Of a stretch of DNA of 64,000 bases, positions 1-17,227 are shown one piece after another; the stretch's first letter is position 1, and every line of letters begins with the position of its first letter. This DNA is from the human T2T-CHM13v2.0 reference genome, Homo sapiens. The position numbers and the translations under genes were made by a program. A model generated the notes under the pieces. It was given only the letters and a program-made list of their open reading frames with translations. It ran no database searches and was not told the DNA's origin. The DNA lies in the NCBI RefSeq assembly GCF_009914755.1, contig NC_060934.1. The stretch is one strand, 5' to 3'.

Positions 1-1479
1 TGCAAAATCAATCCCTCCCTCTCCTGGGTTTCCACTGCACCTGCGTTACTCTATTTATTACTCTTCCAGATAATCATTTGTTTACATCTCTCCCCAGCTG
101 GAAGGTGAGCTCCAGAAGGGGAGGGGCTGCTGGACTCTCCCTCCTGGGCCACCCCCACCCCCACCTCACCCTGCCCCCACCCCAACCATTGCCCCACCTC
201 CTGCACATGCTGGCAGCCCATGAATGAGGAAAGGGAGGTGTCTTCATTGTTTACTTGATTTTGGAATCGCTCTTCTCACACCTGTTCCAACAAAGGACTC
301 TGATTTATGTGGCGAATTAAAGATTCAACACTTAACAAAGTTGCAGTGCGACATGAAGGGGCAAGAAACTAGAATTGCTTCCAAGACAGGAAAATAACAG
401 GGGGATTAACTTGGTGATTACACCTGGGTCCCCAGGCAGCTATTTCTAAGGGAATGGGGTGGAGGGAGTCAGTGGTACCCCCAAAGGCTTGGGATTCAGC
501 TATATAATCAGCACCCAATGGGTAAAAATTAGGGCAAGGGGCTGGATGGCTGCCTCCAGCATCTCCCCCACTCCCACATTTCTCCCTGACTCCCCCAGCC
601 CCTCCCCAGACAGCACTGGGTCTCTTCTCTTCTTCCCTTTCAAGGTTATTCCCCTATTACTGATTTCTACTTAACCTTGACCTCACGCAGGTGGAAACTC
701 TGGGATTAGGAATAATTTGTCCTAGTCTCTTGGAATGGCTCTGTCAATTGCTTTCTGGAATTGCTTTTTTTCTGGGGGTTGTGGGGAACAATCTGCCAGA
801 CCCCCAGTGTCCACTTCAGTGGTGTGCTCTTAGCAGGGCAGGGCAGACTTCGGTGGTCCTGATTCATTCTGGATTACTCCTTCACCCCGTCTGACTCCTC
901 CATCACCTGGAGCCTGTAGAGGCACTGTGTGCCTGAAACCTCTGGCCATCCCTACAGCTGCAGAAGAGTTGGGGTGTCTCCATTCTCAGAATTGCTGGGG
1001 CGACTGGCGAATGAAGATTGGCTTCTAGAGAACAGCCCTGAGGAGCATGGCGAGAAGCTGCTGTGGCCCTGTAGCCAAGGGTCCTGCTTCCTCCTGTGCA
1101 TCTGAGAGCTTATTGTGTATCAGGTGATCTGGGAGACACCTGGTTGTCATGACTGTACACTGCCCTGGAGCAGGCTGGAGCCCTGGAAGGTGGTGCACAG
1201 ACCGCATAAACCCTGGTTTCATTAGTTTTGTCCCTAAGGACCTATGTGTCCCTGCCATCCAGAGCATCTGTGGCCTTCTTCTAATTCTCATGGGCACCAC
1301 CCCGGCTCAAAGTCCTTGAAATGAAATACATGTCACCCAGGCTCTTGCAAGAATCTCCTCTTTTCCTCACTTACTTTTGCAACAATCTCCTCACTTGCTC
1401 TTGCAAGAATCTCCTCCCTTCCTCACTGTACTTTCTGTACAGTGCTGCTGAAGAAATGTCCTAAAGTACACGCCACAGC

Positions 1480-2060
<581 letters not shown>

Positions 2061-3216
2061 ATAAAACTAAGTCTGCATTCATAAAAAATGATTTTAGGGC
2101 CAAAAACGTGTTAGGGATTCAGGGATAGAATACTCAGCCTCTACTACCCATTCCTCCTTCACATTTGCCTCCTAGACTTCTCACCTCTTCTCCTGGAGTA
2201 TCACAACTAGACTGTTTCCTGATGTCCCAGATACATCCCTTTACTCGTCAGCTTCCTCCAAAGCCCTCTGCGGGCCTTGCTCCCACCACCATCTCTTCCT
2301 ACTACTCCTGGTCTCACTGCAAGGCTCAAAAACAAGATTAGCTCCTGAATGAAGCTTTCACCTTCTGAAAGGCGCATGCTCCCTTCTGCAATCCTGCATT
2401 CCTTGGTGCTTCTCTGCCCACAAAACTCCGTTTTGGGAGTTCTGCCCCTTTCCTGACCTTTTCTAGTTCTAGTAGACACAAGCTCCTTGAGGCAAGAAAC
2501 TCATCTCTGATTCACCTGTGATCCACAAATACCTGCTGAACTGACATAACAGAGAAAGGAAAGGGGGAAACACCATCAACGGTGTCCCAGACCCTCCCAT
2601 CTTGGTCTCTCCCTGTTTAATTGCTGATGAACACACAATTCAAAATGTGAGCCAAAGCCTTGTTACCATCCCTGCCCCTAGACTTCTGCCCTGGTTAGAA
2701 TGAGGGATTTGGGCTGCAGTGGTTGGTTAAGGCATTCAGTGCTCCAAAAACTAGCTCCAATGGCTTCATCGGAAAAAACAAAAGGGGATTGGGGTATGGG
2801 GCAGGAAGAACAACAGAAAAATGAGCAAATATGCCCACTGGCAAGTGGTCCCTCTGGGGACGTGATCTGCTTTTGTCTTCCTAAGAGTCTGTGTGGGGTA
2901 TCTCTTCTTCTTCCAGAGGAGAGATCCCTGCTGCTTCTGCCACAGAAGAGAGAGCAGATCCAATTCCCAGGCATCAAATGGATTGGATCTGACTACCCAG
3001 AAAGCTGTCAGTTCTGAATGTGTACTTCCAGAGCATCACTTCAGAACATAACTTTGTGTACTGGCTTACATATACCTATGTTGCACAATGGATATGTTAA
3101 TAAACAGATTGATCATCTACCATAAGCAAAGATTTGTATTAGGGATAATAGAGGATTCAAGAAACAGAATTCACTGTTCCTGCCTCCCACAGGATTTAAA
3201 AGGAGTTTGACATATT

Positions 3217-4020
<804 letters not shown>

Positions 4021-4539
4021 GTAAACCATTTAAGTAATTAGGAAGGCATGGCCTAAATACATGAGAAGCTTAGTAGTAAGAGTTCACCGATAACCACGAC
4101 AACAATATAAGCAACATCACAAGGCAGAATAGATGTATTGCTCCACCATCAGCATCTGCAGTAATGGCCAGGAGTTCAGAAGAGGAAGAGCTTGCTGAGT
4201 GCTGGGGAGCTCTGAAAGGGGGCTAAGAAGTCAGGGCCTCTTTGAAAGTCTTTTAATAAAGGAATGCTGTGACCAGGTGGAGCTTTGTGAAGATCCATCT
4301 GGGCACAAGGGTGCAATGTGTTTAATTAAAAAATTGCATTATGAGTGTAGAGGTTTTTCTTTTTTTCTCCTTATACTTGCCAGGTCCTGGAAATTGAAGA
4401 TGGTATCATACGATCTAAGATCTAGGAGGAAGTTAGAATAGGAAAATGAGGGATGCTTTGGTATAATCCTCAAGCCAAATGAACAAGTGATCAAGGACCC
4501 CCAGGAGGGTGTCTGGGGATCACCAAAGTTTACTTAGTT

Positions 4540-4700
4540 TCCTCCACTGGATTGTGAATTTCTTCAGAGCCGGGGCTATGATGTCTTCCCTCCTGGAGCC
4601 CCAGTGCATAGAATAGAACAGTACAAGATGCCACACAACAGGTACACCTCAGTGAACACTTGTTGAACGAACGAATGCTTGCATGCATGAATGAATGAAT
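4540..4700 (+). mobile_element. L2 3' end fragment
   Basis: ctggattgtgaatttctt...cacttgttgaacgaacgaatg...gaatgaatgaat terminus. Confidence 0.6.
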
Positions 4701-5154
4701 ACTGCAGAAAGGTGAAAGAGATTTGGATTTGTAAAAGGTTTGTCACTTGAATGGCTACCTCTTCAGTTTTGAGGGACATCTGTCCCTTCTCCATTCTCCC
4801 CTGCCAGAGCCCCCCTCCAAGTGTGGCTTTCACTTGCCTCTTGTCCCATCCCACCACCCCTCCACTACTCCACCCCTAAATCCTGGAGACCCTCTTTAAG
4901 ACAGGGTGGAGAATGGCTGTCAGCTCTCAGTGGGGCTGGGACACAGAGGTCAAGAGAAGAGAACAAAATTAAAAAGTATTTGGAGGTCAGAGCTGGGAAG
5001 AGCTTCACAGCAGTTGGGTCAGAGAGTGATGTGTGTTAGGCGAGTGGGGACCTCTGACCTAAGGTGGAGGTGAGATGACCCCACAGGAAGAGATCAGGCA
5101 AATGAAAGGATTAGGGCCAGATTTCAGAAACTTGGATGTGGAACTGGTTCTTGC

Positions 5155-5346
5155 AGAGGCTTTCAAACATACATCTCAGAATCCTGGGGTTCCACAGATA
5201 ACCTCCAGGGGTTTCCCAAACAATGAGGCTGCTTCTGCCAAGGAGAGAAGATGAGAACTGCCAGAGGGACCTGCTCAGCTGTTATCTGTCTTACACACTG
5301 GGGTTCTGAGTAACAGTTCATTTGAAGGAAGGACCCAGGACAGGAA

Positions 5347-5385
<39 letters not shown>

Positions 5386-5415
5386 TCATTCCACTAAAGC
5401 ATTTGAAAGAACATA
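5155..5415. mobile_element. hAT-Charlie MITE (MER103C-like)
   Basis: ctttcaaac...ggggttcc...gttatctgtcttacacactggggttc...catttgaagg...tttgaaagaacatag. Confidence 0.5.
5347..5385 (+). repeat. (GA)n microsatellite
   Basis: Directly visible. Confidence 0.95.
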
Positions 5416-5689
5416 GAGTTCATGGACTCTCTTTTTCTCTCTCTCTCACATGAAATGCGACATTATATAAAAAGTAATCTGGATGGAAAAGGTTCTCGAT
5501 GAGTGTATTGAGATTGGACATAAAAAAAGAACTCAAGTGAAAGACAAATTCATTTGGAATTACCACAAATTTCCTGCCCCACCCCCTTCTCAGGTTTGGC
5601 ATTACCCGCTAAAGGTCAAAATTCAGAGACTCAAAGCTCAGGATAAGGGAAGAAGTGGGGTATAGATAATTGGTGTTTAGTTGTTATTA

Positions 5690-5900
5690 ATAATTATCAG
5701 CACTTTATTAAGTATTTTTCAGAAGTTCTGCTAAACCATTACATGCCTGATCTTAGGAATTCTCATAACAGCTTCTGAGGTAAACCTTATTATCATCCCA
5801 ACCAAGGCTCAGAGAAGTTGAACAACTTGCCCAACATCACACCAAATTGCAAGCAGCACAGCTGGGCTTTGTACGCTGGCAGCCTAACTCCAAAGGCTCT
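5690..5900 (-). mobile_element. MIR
   Basis: MIR core aggctcagagaagttgaacaacttgcccaacatcacac. Confidence 0.75.
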
Positions 5901-6169
5901 AAGCATAAGCCCAGTTCAGTGGTGTATCCCCAGCGACCATGCAGTGAGCAAGTGTGATTGCAGTAAGGTACAGGTCCCTGCAGTAAAAGGTCCTGAGGAA
6001 GAGAGAACAACACTTCTCACCACCTGGCAAAAATACCATGTGACACTGTCCTCCATGGAAAATTCCAGAAGCCCCTCCCTGGACCTTCAGGTGAACTAAC
6101 CACACATGCAAGGTTCATTCACTTCTGGATACCACATCTGAGGAGGGCTGAAAGGTATCTCATTTTGCA

Positions 6170-6580
6170 TCAGTGAATAGCAGGATGAAGGATCTGACTA
6201 ACCATAAAGAGAAGACATTTAATCTAAAGAAGAGATTAGAAGGGAAGGAGGGAGCTATCTCAAATGCTCAAAGTGCTTTCTCAAAGAATAGTGACCAGAC
6301 TTGTTTTGTGCAGCTCTGAATGGCAGAACTAGGGACAATGGGTTAGTAAGAGGATGGACAATGGGTTAGTAAGAGGAAGACAAATTACAAGTCAACATTG
6401 CCACGGATTTTCCTTAGATCTGTCTGAAATGGCCACACTAGAGGTACTGAGCTCTTTGTCAAAGGAAGCCATCAAGCAAAGATTGAGAATCAGGAATCAT
6501 AATTGGTAAGAGAAAACTCATCTGTTGAGTGGAAGGTTACATGGCTACTAAAGCCTCTTCTGACACAAAGATTCCAAAAA
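6170..6580 (+). mobile_element. L3/CR1 fragment
   Basis: tttaatctaaagaagag...gacttgttttgtgcagctctgaatggcagaactagggacaatggg resembles the CR1/L3 3' region. Confidence 0.55.
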
Positions 6581-7142
6581 TTTATAATCATGTTTATTTT
6601 CCTTTTCAAAAATTCTGCCTCCACCAAAGACTTAAGAATGAACCCAACTGACAGGCCAGCCTCTAAAAGCATGGTGTCTTATGAATTCCTACATTCTGCA
6701 TGTCTGTGAAAAAAAAGCTCTGACCTGTGACAGGGACCTATATGTCTCTCAGCAGAACCAACATCTTTCACACTAATAGTACAAGTCAGAATAAATACCA
6801 TCTCCATTTGGAAGACAGTCCTTGACAGAAGAGAATTGGCCTGCTTGATTAGGAATATATGTCAGGCACTGATAATAGGGAAATCCTTTTCAGCCAAACC
6901 CCAGAACCTGAACAGTCATAATGAGGCGATTTAATGAGCCTCCTGTTCTACACAATATTAATTACAACCCTGTGGCAGAAGGCAGCCAACTCAAGATAAA
7001 ATAGGTAAAATGCACAGGAACTGGATCACATTCAGAATCTCTTCCCCAGATACAAATAGGCTTGCAGTCACATACATGTGTCTCTAGCAAGCAAATAGAT
7101 TTAACACCTTTAAGCTGTTTGGAAGAAATACTAATGGAGTCA

Positions 7143-7676
<534 letters not shown>

Positions 7677-7754
7677 TTAAATAAATAGAATTTCTTCAGG
7701 TCAGATATCATCAGTCTCATTCAATAAATCATCACCAAAAGCCTGTTGACTGCT

Positions 7755-7985
7755 AATAGCTGTTGAGCACTTACTATTTGCTGGAGATTTCTTTACATGC
7801 TTTAAGTATTTTAGCTCATTTGGTCACCATGAAACACCCTGTAGTCAGTGCTAGCAATGTGTCCCTTAATAGAAAGCGCAGCGATGTTAAGTGGTTTGTC
7901 CACACTACCAGTTAGGTGGAGCCAGGATTCAGACACAGACTGATTATTCTAGAGCCAGGGTGCTTAACCACTAGGCAATGCTGTG
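7755..7985 (-). mobile_element. MIR
   Basis: ttgagcacttactat...gttaagtggtttgtcc...gagccaggattc...cttaaccact. Confidence 0.65.
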
Positions 7986-8009
7986 CACTGTGTGTTTGCA
8001 GGCAACTTG

Positions 8010-8230
8010 TTCATGAAGTGAGTGCTGACTGAGCACCACTTATGTGCGCTGCACTGTGCTAGATGCTGGGACAGTGATCAACGTGACAATTCCTGTCAGA
8101 GTAATCAGGCAATGCCAGCAGATCTAAGAAACTGTCCCATTCCCTGTGTGGTCAGCAAGGGCTTCTAGAAATGGTGACATTTAACAAGAAGCCTGAAAGA
8201 TGAGTAAGAGTTAGGCAGTGAGTCAGGAGG
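8010..8230 (-). mobile_element. L2 fragment
   Basis: actgagcaccacttatgtgc...gcactgtgctagatgctggg...ggtgacattt...cctgaaagatgagtaagagttag. Confidence 0.55.
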
Positions 8231-8921
8231 GAAGCTGGAGGAGGAAGAGGATACGGATGGGAATCCCTAGGGGTCAGTTCACAATGGCAGAAGCGCAGAC
8301 ACTCTGCAAATATCAAGGAGTTACACACAGAGAGTGGAGAGACAGTCCTGACAGGGACTCAGGAGGAGGTAAAACTTGATCTAGGTCCTTAAAAATAGAG
8401 TAAGGAGGTAGGAATGTACATGATACATACTTTACATCTGTTGACATTTTCTCATATTTACATAACCCTCTCACTCAACTCAGACCCAGGGAACTGCCAC
8501 ATGGACAAAGGACTGACTCCAAGGGGTTAATCACCTGCCAATCAAAAGAAACCACAATGGACCGTTTTCTCTTTTCTCACTAAATCCACATTGCAGAGAT
8601 TTTGATGGCGCAAGGATGGGGTGGCTGCTGAAGGAAGCGCCAAAGAGGACAAGCATGGAATCCTGAGCCTCAACCCAGGCAGGCGCCTACCCATTCTGAC
8701 ACAGAGCATCGGAAACAGTTGGAAGCAAAGCCCACATCCATACAGCATATGCCCAGGGTCCATAGACTTGAAAACTCACACGGACCCCAGGCTCTGTCCC
8801 ACAGCACACTGACTTGCAAACCCATGAAATGGTCCATGCCCACTCCCAGCTCCCCACTACTAGAGTGAGGCATCTTGCCTGGACCACCTGGCTCTGCCCA
8901 TCTCAAACCTGCCTGCCTATG

Positions 8922-9100
8922 CAGTGGTTCTCCAATTTTAGCACACATTCAAATCACCCACAGGGCTTGCTGAACCAAAGGTTGCCGGCCCCACCTCCAG
9001 AGTATCTGGTTCAGTAGGTCTGGGATGGTGCCAAGAATGTGCATTTCTAACAAGTTCCCAGGTGATGCCGATGCTGGTGGTCCCACACTGAGAATTGCTG
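8922..9100. mobile_element. MER5A (hAT-Charlie MITE)
   Basis: cagtggttctc...ttcagtaggtctggg...tgcatttctaacaagttcccaggtgatgccgatgctg...cacactgagaattgctg. Confidence 0.9.
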
Positions 9101-9714
9101 CTCTTTGGCACCAGGCAAAGGCACCTCTCCAGAAAGACTTCCCCCAGCACTCCAGCCCGGCTGGCTTCTCTCCCCAGTCTTACTGCACATTTAAGTTAAT
9201 ATAGACTACAAAGATAAACCCAATTGCCTTGAGGAGCCTGACAGGCAATAGAATATGCGGGTTTGGACCGGCTTAGGTACATTTGAGTACAGTTGTATGA
9301 AAGATAGAAACGACTGTAAACTGGAGAATTCAGACACCAATAAAAGGGGGAAACTCACTCAGTTCTAGCCAATTTTTGCTGGGTGTGATTACAATACTAC
9401 TATTGCAGAAATCTTGATTTTTATGTAAACTATCGCAATTTTTTAAAACTGGTTCAAGATTTTTGAAGACAGTAGGATGCATCAGGTGATCTCTTAGGCC
9501 TCTTGCAGCTTTAACACTTGATAGTTTGGGGCTTGTCAGGCATCCTGTAGAAAGTTCCCCAATCTGGGTCTGTGTGTTGTGTTTTCATGATTAGATTAGG
9601 GGTATGGACTTTTGTAAAGAATACAGCAGAGCTGAATGTCCCTCATAGACATGTTTCTGATGTTCCTCCCTGTGATCAGCCACAACACACCATCAAAAGA
9701 CTTTACAACAGCCC

Positions 9715-9885
9715 CACAGTGGGGAAAAGGGAGCCATGACTGGTCACATTTGCCAATTTCCATGGTGTAAATATTCCCACCACAGCCAATGTGGAGCACC
9801 CAGTGTGATGGCACCAAACACGAAATTGGAAAAAGGTGTGCACACTTAGCCAGCTCTGTAGTAGGAGCGGGCTCCTGCACTGCTT
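9715..9885 (-). mobile_element. MER63-like hAT-Blackjack fragment
   Basis: tttgccaatttccatggtgtaaatattcccacc...gtgtgcacac...gctcctgcac. Confidence 0.65.
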
Positions 9886-10139
9886 GTCAACTTGCTTTAT
9901 TTATCCTCTGTGTTCTAAATCTCAACCAGGCAACCCTCCCTTGGTTCTGACTGAATGCCAGTCATGCACTCAGCACTCCACTAAAGGTTGTAGAGGAGAG
10001 CAAAGGGCTGTAAAAGATTAGTCAAGAAGGTAGGGTGAGTGAGATTGCAAGTTTTGAGAAGCCTGGTTTCAAATCCAGATCTGCCTCTTGTGAGTGTGTA
10101 ACCTTGGTCAAATTGCTTAACCTCTTTAAGCAATTGATT

Positions 10140-10286
10140 TTGTATATACAAATAAATATATATGTGTATATGTATGTTTATATATGTGTATATATTTTAT
10201 ATATGTACATTTTATATATACAGTACTTGCTAAGTACTAAAAAATTGTATATATATACATTTATTCACACACACGTAACATATGTC

Positions 10287-10321
<35 letters not shown>
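10140..10321 (+). repeat. Imperfect (TA)n/(CA)n low-complexity tract
   Basis: Directly visible. Confidence 0.9.
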
Positions 10322-11369
10322 GCCTCTCAAGGAGCTTTCAGTCTAGCCCATATAAGGTTATATTAATATGTTCTAATTTAAAAGTTGGGTGGTAGTTACA
10401 TGGGTGGTCATTTTATTATTCATCTTTTAATTACACATGTATGGCATATAATCTTTTGAATGTATTATTTCACAATAAAAAATGATAATACAAATCTAAA
10501 TGAAGTTCATCACTAAAATATGTCATCTCATTATCGCCCCAGCTCATCCATGTTACCATCTTGAAAAATGAGGTCATGACCCATTGGGAACTTGGCAGAG
10601 AACTTGGCCCTGTTGGATGTCAGCTGGACGCTTGAGAAAGCTAAGGGCATCTTAGTCCGTTTGCAGCTTATGGATGCCAGACTTGAAGAGATGTGAAGAG
10701 ATCTCACTCAACTAAAGAGGATATGTGTTTATTCTTCCTGGGGACCCAAGTCAGAAATTCTAGCACTGCTACCACCACCATTGAGGGCTCTATTAAACTA
10801 CTCCTGCAAATCATTAAGCAGGCTCAGAAATGGGGATAAGAGGAAATCTAGTGTGACTCAGAAAACACATAGGCCCATTTTTCACCTTCTATTTGAACAC
10901 ACTAGATGAAAGGCTTTCCAACAACTGAAATAAGTTATTCATATTTCTACCCAGGATCCACTAAATGTGGAGACTTCTCCCCCTTGTCCAAGTGATGCCT
11001 TGTTTTCAGGTGCTGTGTGTACTGAGAGCACCTGGAGCACTGGTGGACAGCAGGCATCCACCATTGACAATCAAGACCACGGGACCTTCCCTGGGCCTCA
11101 GGTTCCTTCCTAAACCAGTTAGATGCATCAGGTGACCTCTTACGCCTCTTGGAGCCTTGATGCTCACTGGTTTGGGCTGCAGTAGAATACTCTGGTGATG
11201 TGTTCTGGTCTCTCAAGGTGAAGAAGAAACCCACACAATCAAATCACATTACCATTACCCCCTTGATTTCTTATGCTTTTCCTTTGTTCCCAGTAAGATA
11301 TTCTGATGCAGAAAATAAAGAGGGAAAACAGTTTATTGCATTTAACCAAGTAAATGATTAAATTAACTA

Positions 11370-12265
<896 letters not shown>

Positions 12266-12514
12266 AATATGTGGCTGATAGAGTTGCCTTCCTTTGAGGA
12301 AGGAAAGCTAAAAGATCTCATTTTGTCAAGCTTAGAAACTACTCAGAATCCAGAAGTTTGAAGTTTCTATTTAGAATCATCTTTGTCACAGATTCTAAAA
12401 AATGACTCTGATTTTACCTGAAAAGGTATCCAAAGTTTTGCCTAAAAATGTTATCAGTCACTTCTTAATAGATCAGCAGTGGGAAGACTTTAAAACACAG
12501 GACAAATCAACGTG

Positions 12515-12690
12515 GTAGAGAGCACACTTCACAGAGGCAGGAAACCAGGGTTCCAGCCATTCAGCCTCCGACCCAACAAGCTGTGCACCTTGGGGCAGGT
12601 GCTTCACCTCTCTGAACCTCAGATTTCTCACTTGTTGATGAAGAAGTGAAGACAGATGACTTTGGAGATCCTTTGCCTCTCTAAAAGAGG
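12515..12690 (+). mobile_element. MIR
   Basis: gctgtgcaccttggggcaggtgcttcacctctctgaacctcagatttctc. Confidence 0.65.
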
Positions 12691-14500
12691 CTGTGAGTCT
12701 CTATTCTTCCCCCAACTATACAGATTGTTGGTGATGAAGAGATAAGGCAAATGGCAAGCAAGTTTCGACTCTGCTCTGAAGGCAGACACCAGACATGTAA
12801 ATTCAGATCCCAGGAATGTGAGAGGAAGCTCTGGCATGGCCTTCCTATTTCAACAAACAACTAATCAATGCAGCAGCAGCCTGGTAATTAATAGCCACCT
12901 TTTCATTTTCAGACTCTGCTCATCATAGACTAATCCTTCAAACTACATATTTTTACCAAAGTTCATCCCAGACCCAGAAGGCATAGACAAGAAGGGACCT
13001 TCCCACCACAATCCTCCTTCACACTCTCTATTTTTTACATTTGATGATAGAAACAAAACTCTTAAAATATTCAACACAAAATGTTTGAGACTTCCAAAGT
13101 TTATGAATCATAACATATCATCAATCTGTATAAAACATGACAAATAAATGGTAAGTTCCTTCCCTATACCACAGAATCTACTGAAGAGCAGGCACTCAAT
13201 GAATATCTGTTGATTTGTAATAAGCGTGTTTATGTGAAGTTCTAATTGCTACCAATAAAGAATCAGACTCATGCATGTGCTGATGAAACCTCAGTTCCTT
13301 CTGGGTTAATCACATACTTCATTCATCATCAGACAAGGCGGTAAGACCTCCTCAACATTTACCGCGGAAACTAAGACTTTACCAGAACATCCAATGCCCA
13401 GACTTCTCTCTCACACACTTCACTTAGGAACCAGCAAGACGGATCTAGCACACAGACGCTAATACCTACAGTCACTCATGCTTGGGAAACCCTGAGCCTA
13501 GGACTTGATGAAAGTTTGGTGGATTATTCCCCAGCTCTCTTACCCATTTGGTTTTGTAACCTCAAGAGGTCAGAGCCAAAGGGCTTGTCAGTAAATGAAA
13601 GTGATTGGGGGAGGGGAGAGCGGGCAGGATTGTTAGTGAATTTAGGAAGTCACAGTCCAGTGGCTAGAGCTGCTTTGTCTTAAGAACCCCGTGTTCTGAC
13701 TTTGAGGGACGCTGGATATCCGTGGCATTACTACCCAACCCAGGAGAAACCTGTCTCATGCAAGCCAGGAGACTTGAATCCATTATCTTAGTCTGTGTCT
13801 TTACAATCATGACACTAGGGTAGAGTAGCCTGAGGATCTTTTCTATATGGCCTTTTCTGAAAGGTCCGTATCAGGCTTGAACCATGAAGTAATTTGAAAA
13901 TGACATTCTCATGGGATTTATTCCCAATTACAAAGACCATCGGTTAGTCCAAAGATGACCTTTAATTATCATTGTCATCATCTGAAGGCATTCAGTGACA
14001 CTGGACTGCTGCTAGGATGTGTTGGGGAAGATGATATTCACCCTTTGGGAATTGAAGCACATCTCACTTCCTTAGAGTAACCTTTAGTCTTACAAAGAAG
14101 GCACCGCTCCTTACTTGACGAATTCTAACTAGCAATGAGATCTAGCCAAGGCTTGGAAGGTCTGGTCCTTAAATTCCAACTCTGCTGAGCGGAGAATGCA
14201 TGTGGCCATTAGCTGAGTTTTCATCCTCAGTTGCCAATACTTCCTCTCTTAAGAATAATCACAATAACTGTCATACTTCCAACTTTTATTGTATAGTTTT
14301 TTTTCAACTGCTCAAACATCTTCCCAAACAATACCTCATTTGGATCAACTAAATTCTAAATAGTTTACTTTACCCTGTCATTCTGTTAAAAGTTTTCTTT
14401 TTTTTCCAGCCAGTTCTGGAATCCCTCTTAATTTTCTATTGTGAAGTACTCCCCAGACCTCCTTTAAGCTACCTGGCTTAAAAAAATGAAGAGTTAAGGG

Positions 14501-14680
14501 CAGGGGTGTCCAGTAGAAGTTTCTTCAATGACAGAAATGCCTTATTCCTGCACTGTCCAATAGAACACTTGACATGTGGCTAGTGCGACTGAAGAACTCA
14601 ATATTAAATTTTATGTTAGTTTAATTAATTTAAGTGAAACCAGCCACATGGGACGAGTGGTGCTGTAATGGACAGTGCAG
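14501..14680. mobile_element. MER3 (hAT-Charlie MITE)
   Basis: gtgtccagtagaagtttcttcaatgacagaaatg...atgtggctagtgcgactgaagaactc...tggacagtgcag. Confidence 0.8.
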
Positions 14681-16886
14681 AAGTTAAACTGTCAGTCATC
14701 ATGATTTAACCTCCTTTCATTTCCAAGTGATACTGATTTCCACCCATAAAAGATTTTAAAGTTTAAGTCAAGTTTCTATATACTCCATATGGTTTAAAAC
14801 TGGAGTTGTGTGCTCTCCCCTCAAATGCAAATATGGCCCAACCACAATGTGCGGCAGTAGCAACTTTATTCTTCTGTAGGGTCTAGGAACCTTCACATCC
14901 CTGCTGGGAAGGCTCCATTCTTTCAGGCTTGTGAATTCCCCACCCGGCACCCACACAGCTCAGGGCTTCTAAAGAGCGGCCCTTTGTCCCCTTGCCTTGT
15001 GTGTCAAGGAGGTAAAGGATTCTGCTGCATGGTAATTAATCAAGTGACCCACTCCTACCTTTGATGTGGAAGAAAATAGTTAGGACCACATTGAAGAGGA
15101 GAAAGTGAAAGACAGCGACAGAGAAATGGGGGGCAAAAGGAGAGACGGAACTTGCTAGAGAGATGAGGAAAAGATAAGGCAGAAAAGGGAAGACAGACAT
15201 GGTGGTAGTGTAGGGCACAGGCATTTCAAAGACAGATACCAGCCATCCTTCACCATTCCCTATTCTCAGAAAAACCAGGATGCCTCCCACCACTGTGGCA
15301 AGTTCCTTTTCTACTGCTGGCCACATTCAAGCCATGAGTCAGCCTAACTCAGAATAGGGGCCTCATAAAGGTTTATTGGGATGGTTTCAACAATACCTAT
15401 TCACTTCCTGCTCCAGGGTCCCTATGCTAGTTTTTGCTTGTATCAACAAGAGGTGCACCCAAAGGGAGCATTCAGAAAGATCCTGACTAAGCCAGGGTGC
15501 TCCAAGGAACACATGGTAAGTCTGCAGGTCTCCTGTAGTCGGAAACTGCCTTTATCCAACTGAAAAAAACAGAAATCCACAACTAACCACAGAGAAGGCA
15601 GGGACTAGGAATAATTTGTGATTAAATACAATAACTTGGTGGCAAAACCCTTCTCAAAGCCTTGCAGGGTTACCTTTAAATGAAGCTCTTTAGACAGTGG
15701 CTGGGTGGAGGGTAGCCCTGAAAGAGAGGATTGAAAAAGATATGGTGTTATTTCATTCAATGAAAGAGAAATGAAGTAGTCAAAAACAACGGTTATGTTG
15801 GCATTTGTTTTGCCTTCCTTAAAAAAAAAAAGAGCAAGAGCTATAATATGTGTTCCTTTTGTACATCTTAAAAACATGTTAGGGACACACTGAGCTGATA
15901 GATATGCAAAATTATGAATATTCCACTCAATAATTAAGCATGTCTTCTTTTCTTGGCCCTTTTAATGACAGCATTTCCTGTACAATCCATTTTAATCCAG
16001 TTCTTTGATATTTAAAAAAATGGAGATTCCTCTAATTGATTCATAGAGAATTTTTATTTATCCAAAGGAACTGAGAAAAGTTCAGTTTGGAGATAATTAC
16101 TGGAGCTTTTTTATGAGGTTAAGAGTTGGCATGTACAGGGGAAATTATCAAAGATGCAACAAATTGATCTGCAGTTTCTCTAGAGAACAAACTTGATTTC
16201 ACTCAACTGCATAAACACACAGACCCAACACACTTACCCTCTTCACAGTTCTCAGCTCAGCTGGACTTGGGGCCAGGCTATAATGTTATAAATGTTTTAA
16301 ATGAGGAGCCAACCCTCTTGGGTCCTGTAAACATGTCCAGTTTTCCCTGATCAGACATCGGAGTCTGCTTAGGTCTGTCATAGGTGAATAGGTTTGTTCC
16401 CAGCCTATCCAACTCAAACCCTCTAGGAACTTATTTGAAAACCACAGAACATCATTCCATGCTTGATTTTGCACTAAGATCTTTCAGTGGGTTGAAACAT
16501 ACTGCACTTAAGAGCAAGTGTTCCTAGCTCCCGGCCCAGCTCCACGCCTGAGGAGGCTGCAGAGGGCATGCCATTCTCATTAACAATGCACCATTGCCAA
16601 TGTCTCTTCCTGAAATAGGCTCACCTTGTTTCAGACAGAAGAAGGGGGTCAGACACAAGCAATACCTTGGCCACTCTATCTCCTGGGAAAATGCTTGCTT
16701 GCAAACTGAGGAAGGACACAAATAAGCATTAATACATGACTGTTCTCTAGATACATTAAGAAGGCCCCAAAGTGTCTTGAAGGGCAAACTTTGCCCTTAA
16801 CCCTGATCTGTTGATACCCAAATTGATCCTAACATAGAAGGAAATTCAATGAGTATCTCCAATTACAGAGGATGGCCGATCAGAGA

Positions 16887-17227
<341 letters not shown>

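Noticed and set aside
115-200. C-rich tract with minus-strand G-quadruplex potential
   Set aside because: Common low-complexity feature with no supporting context.
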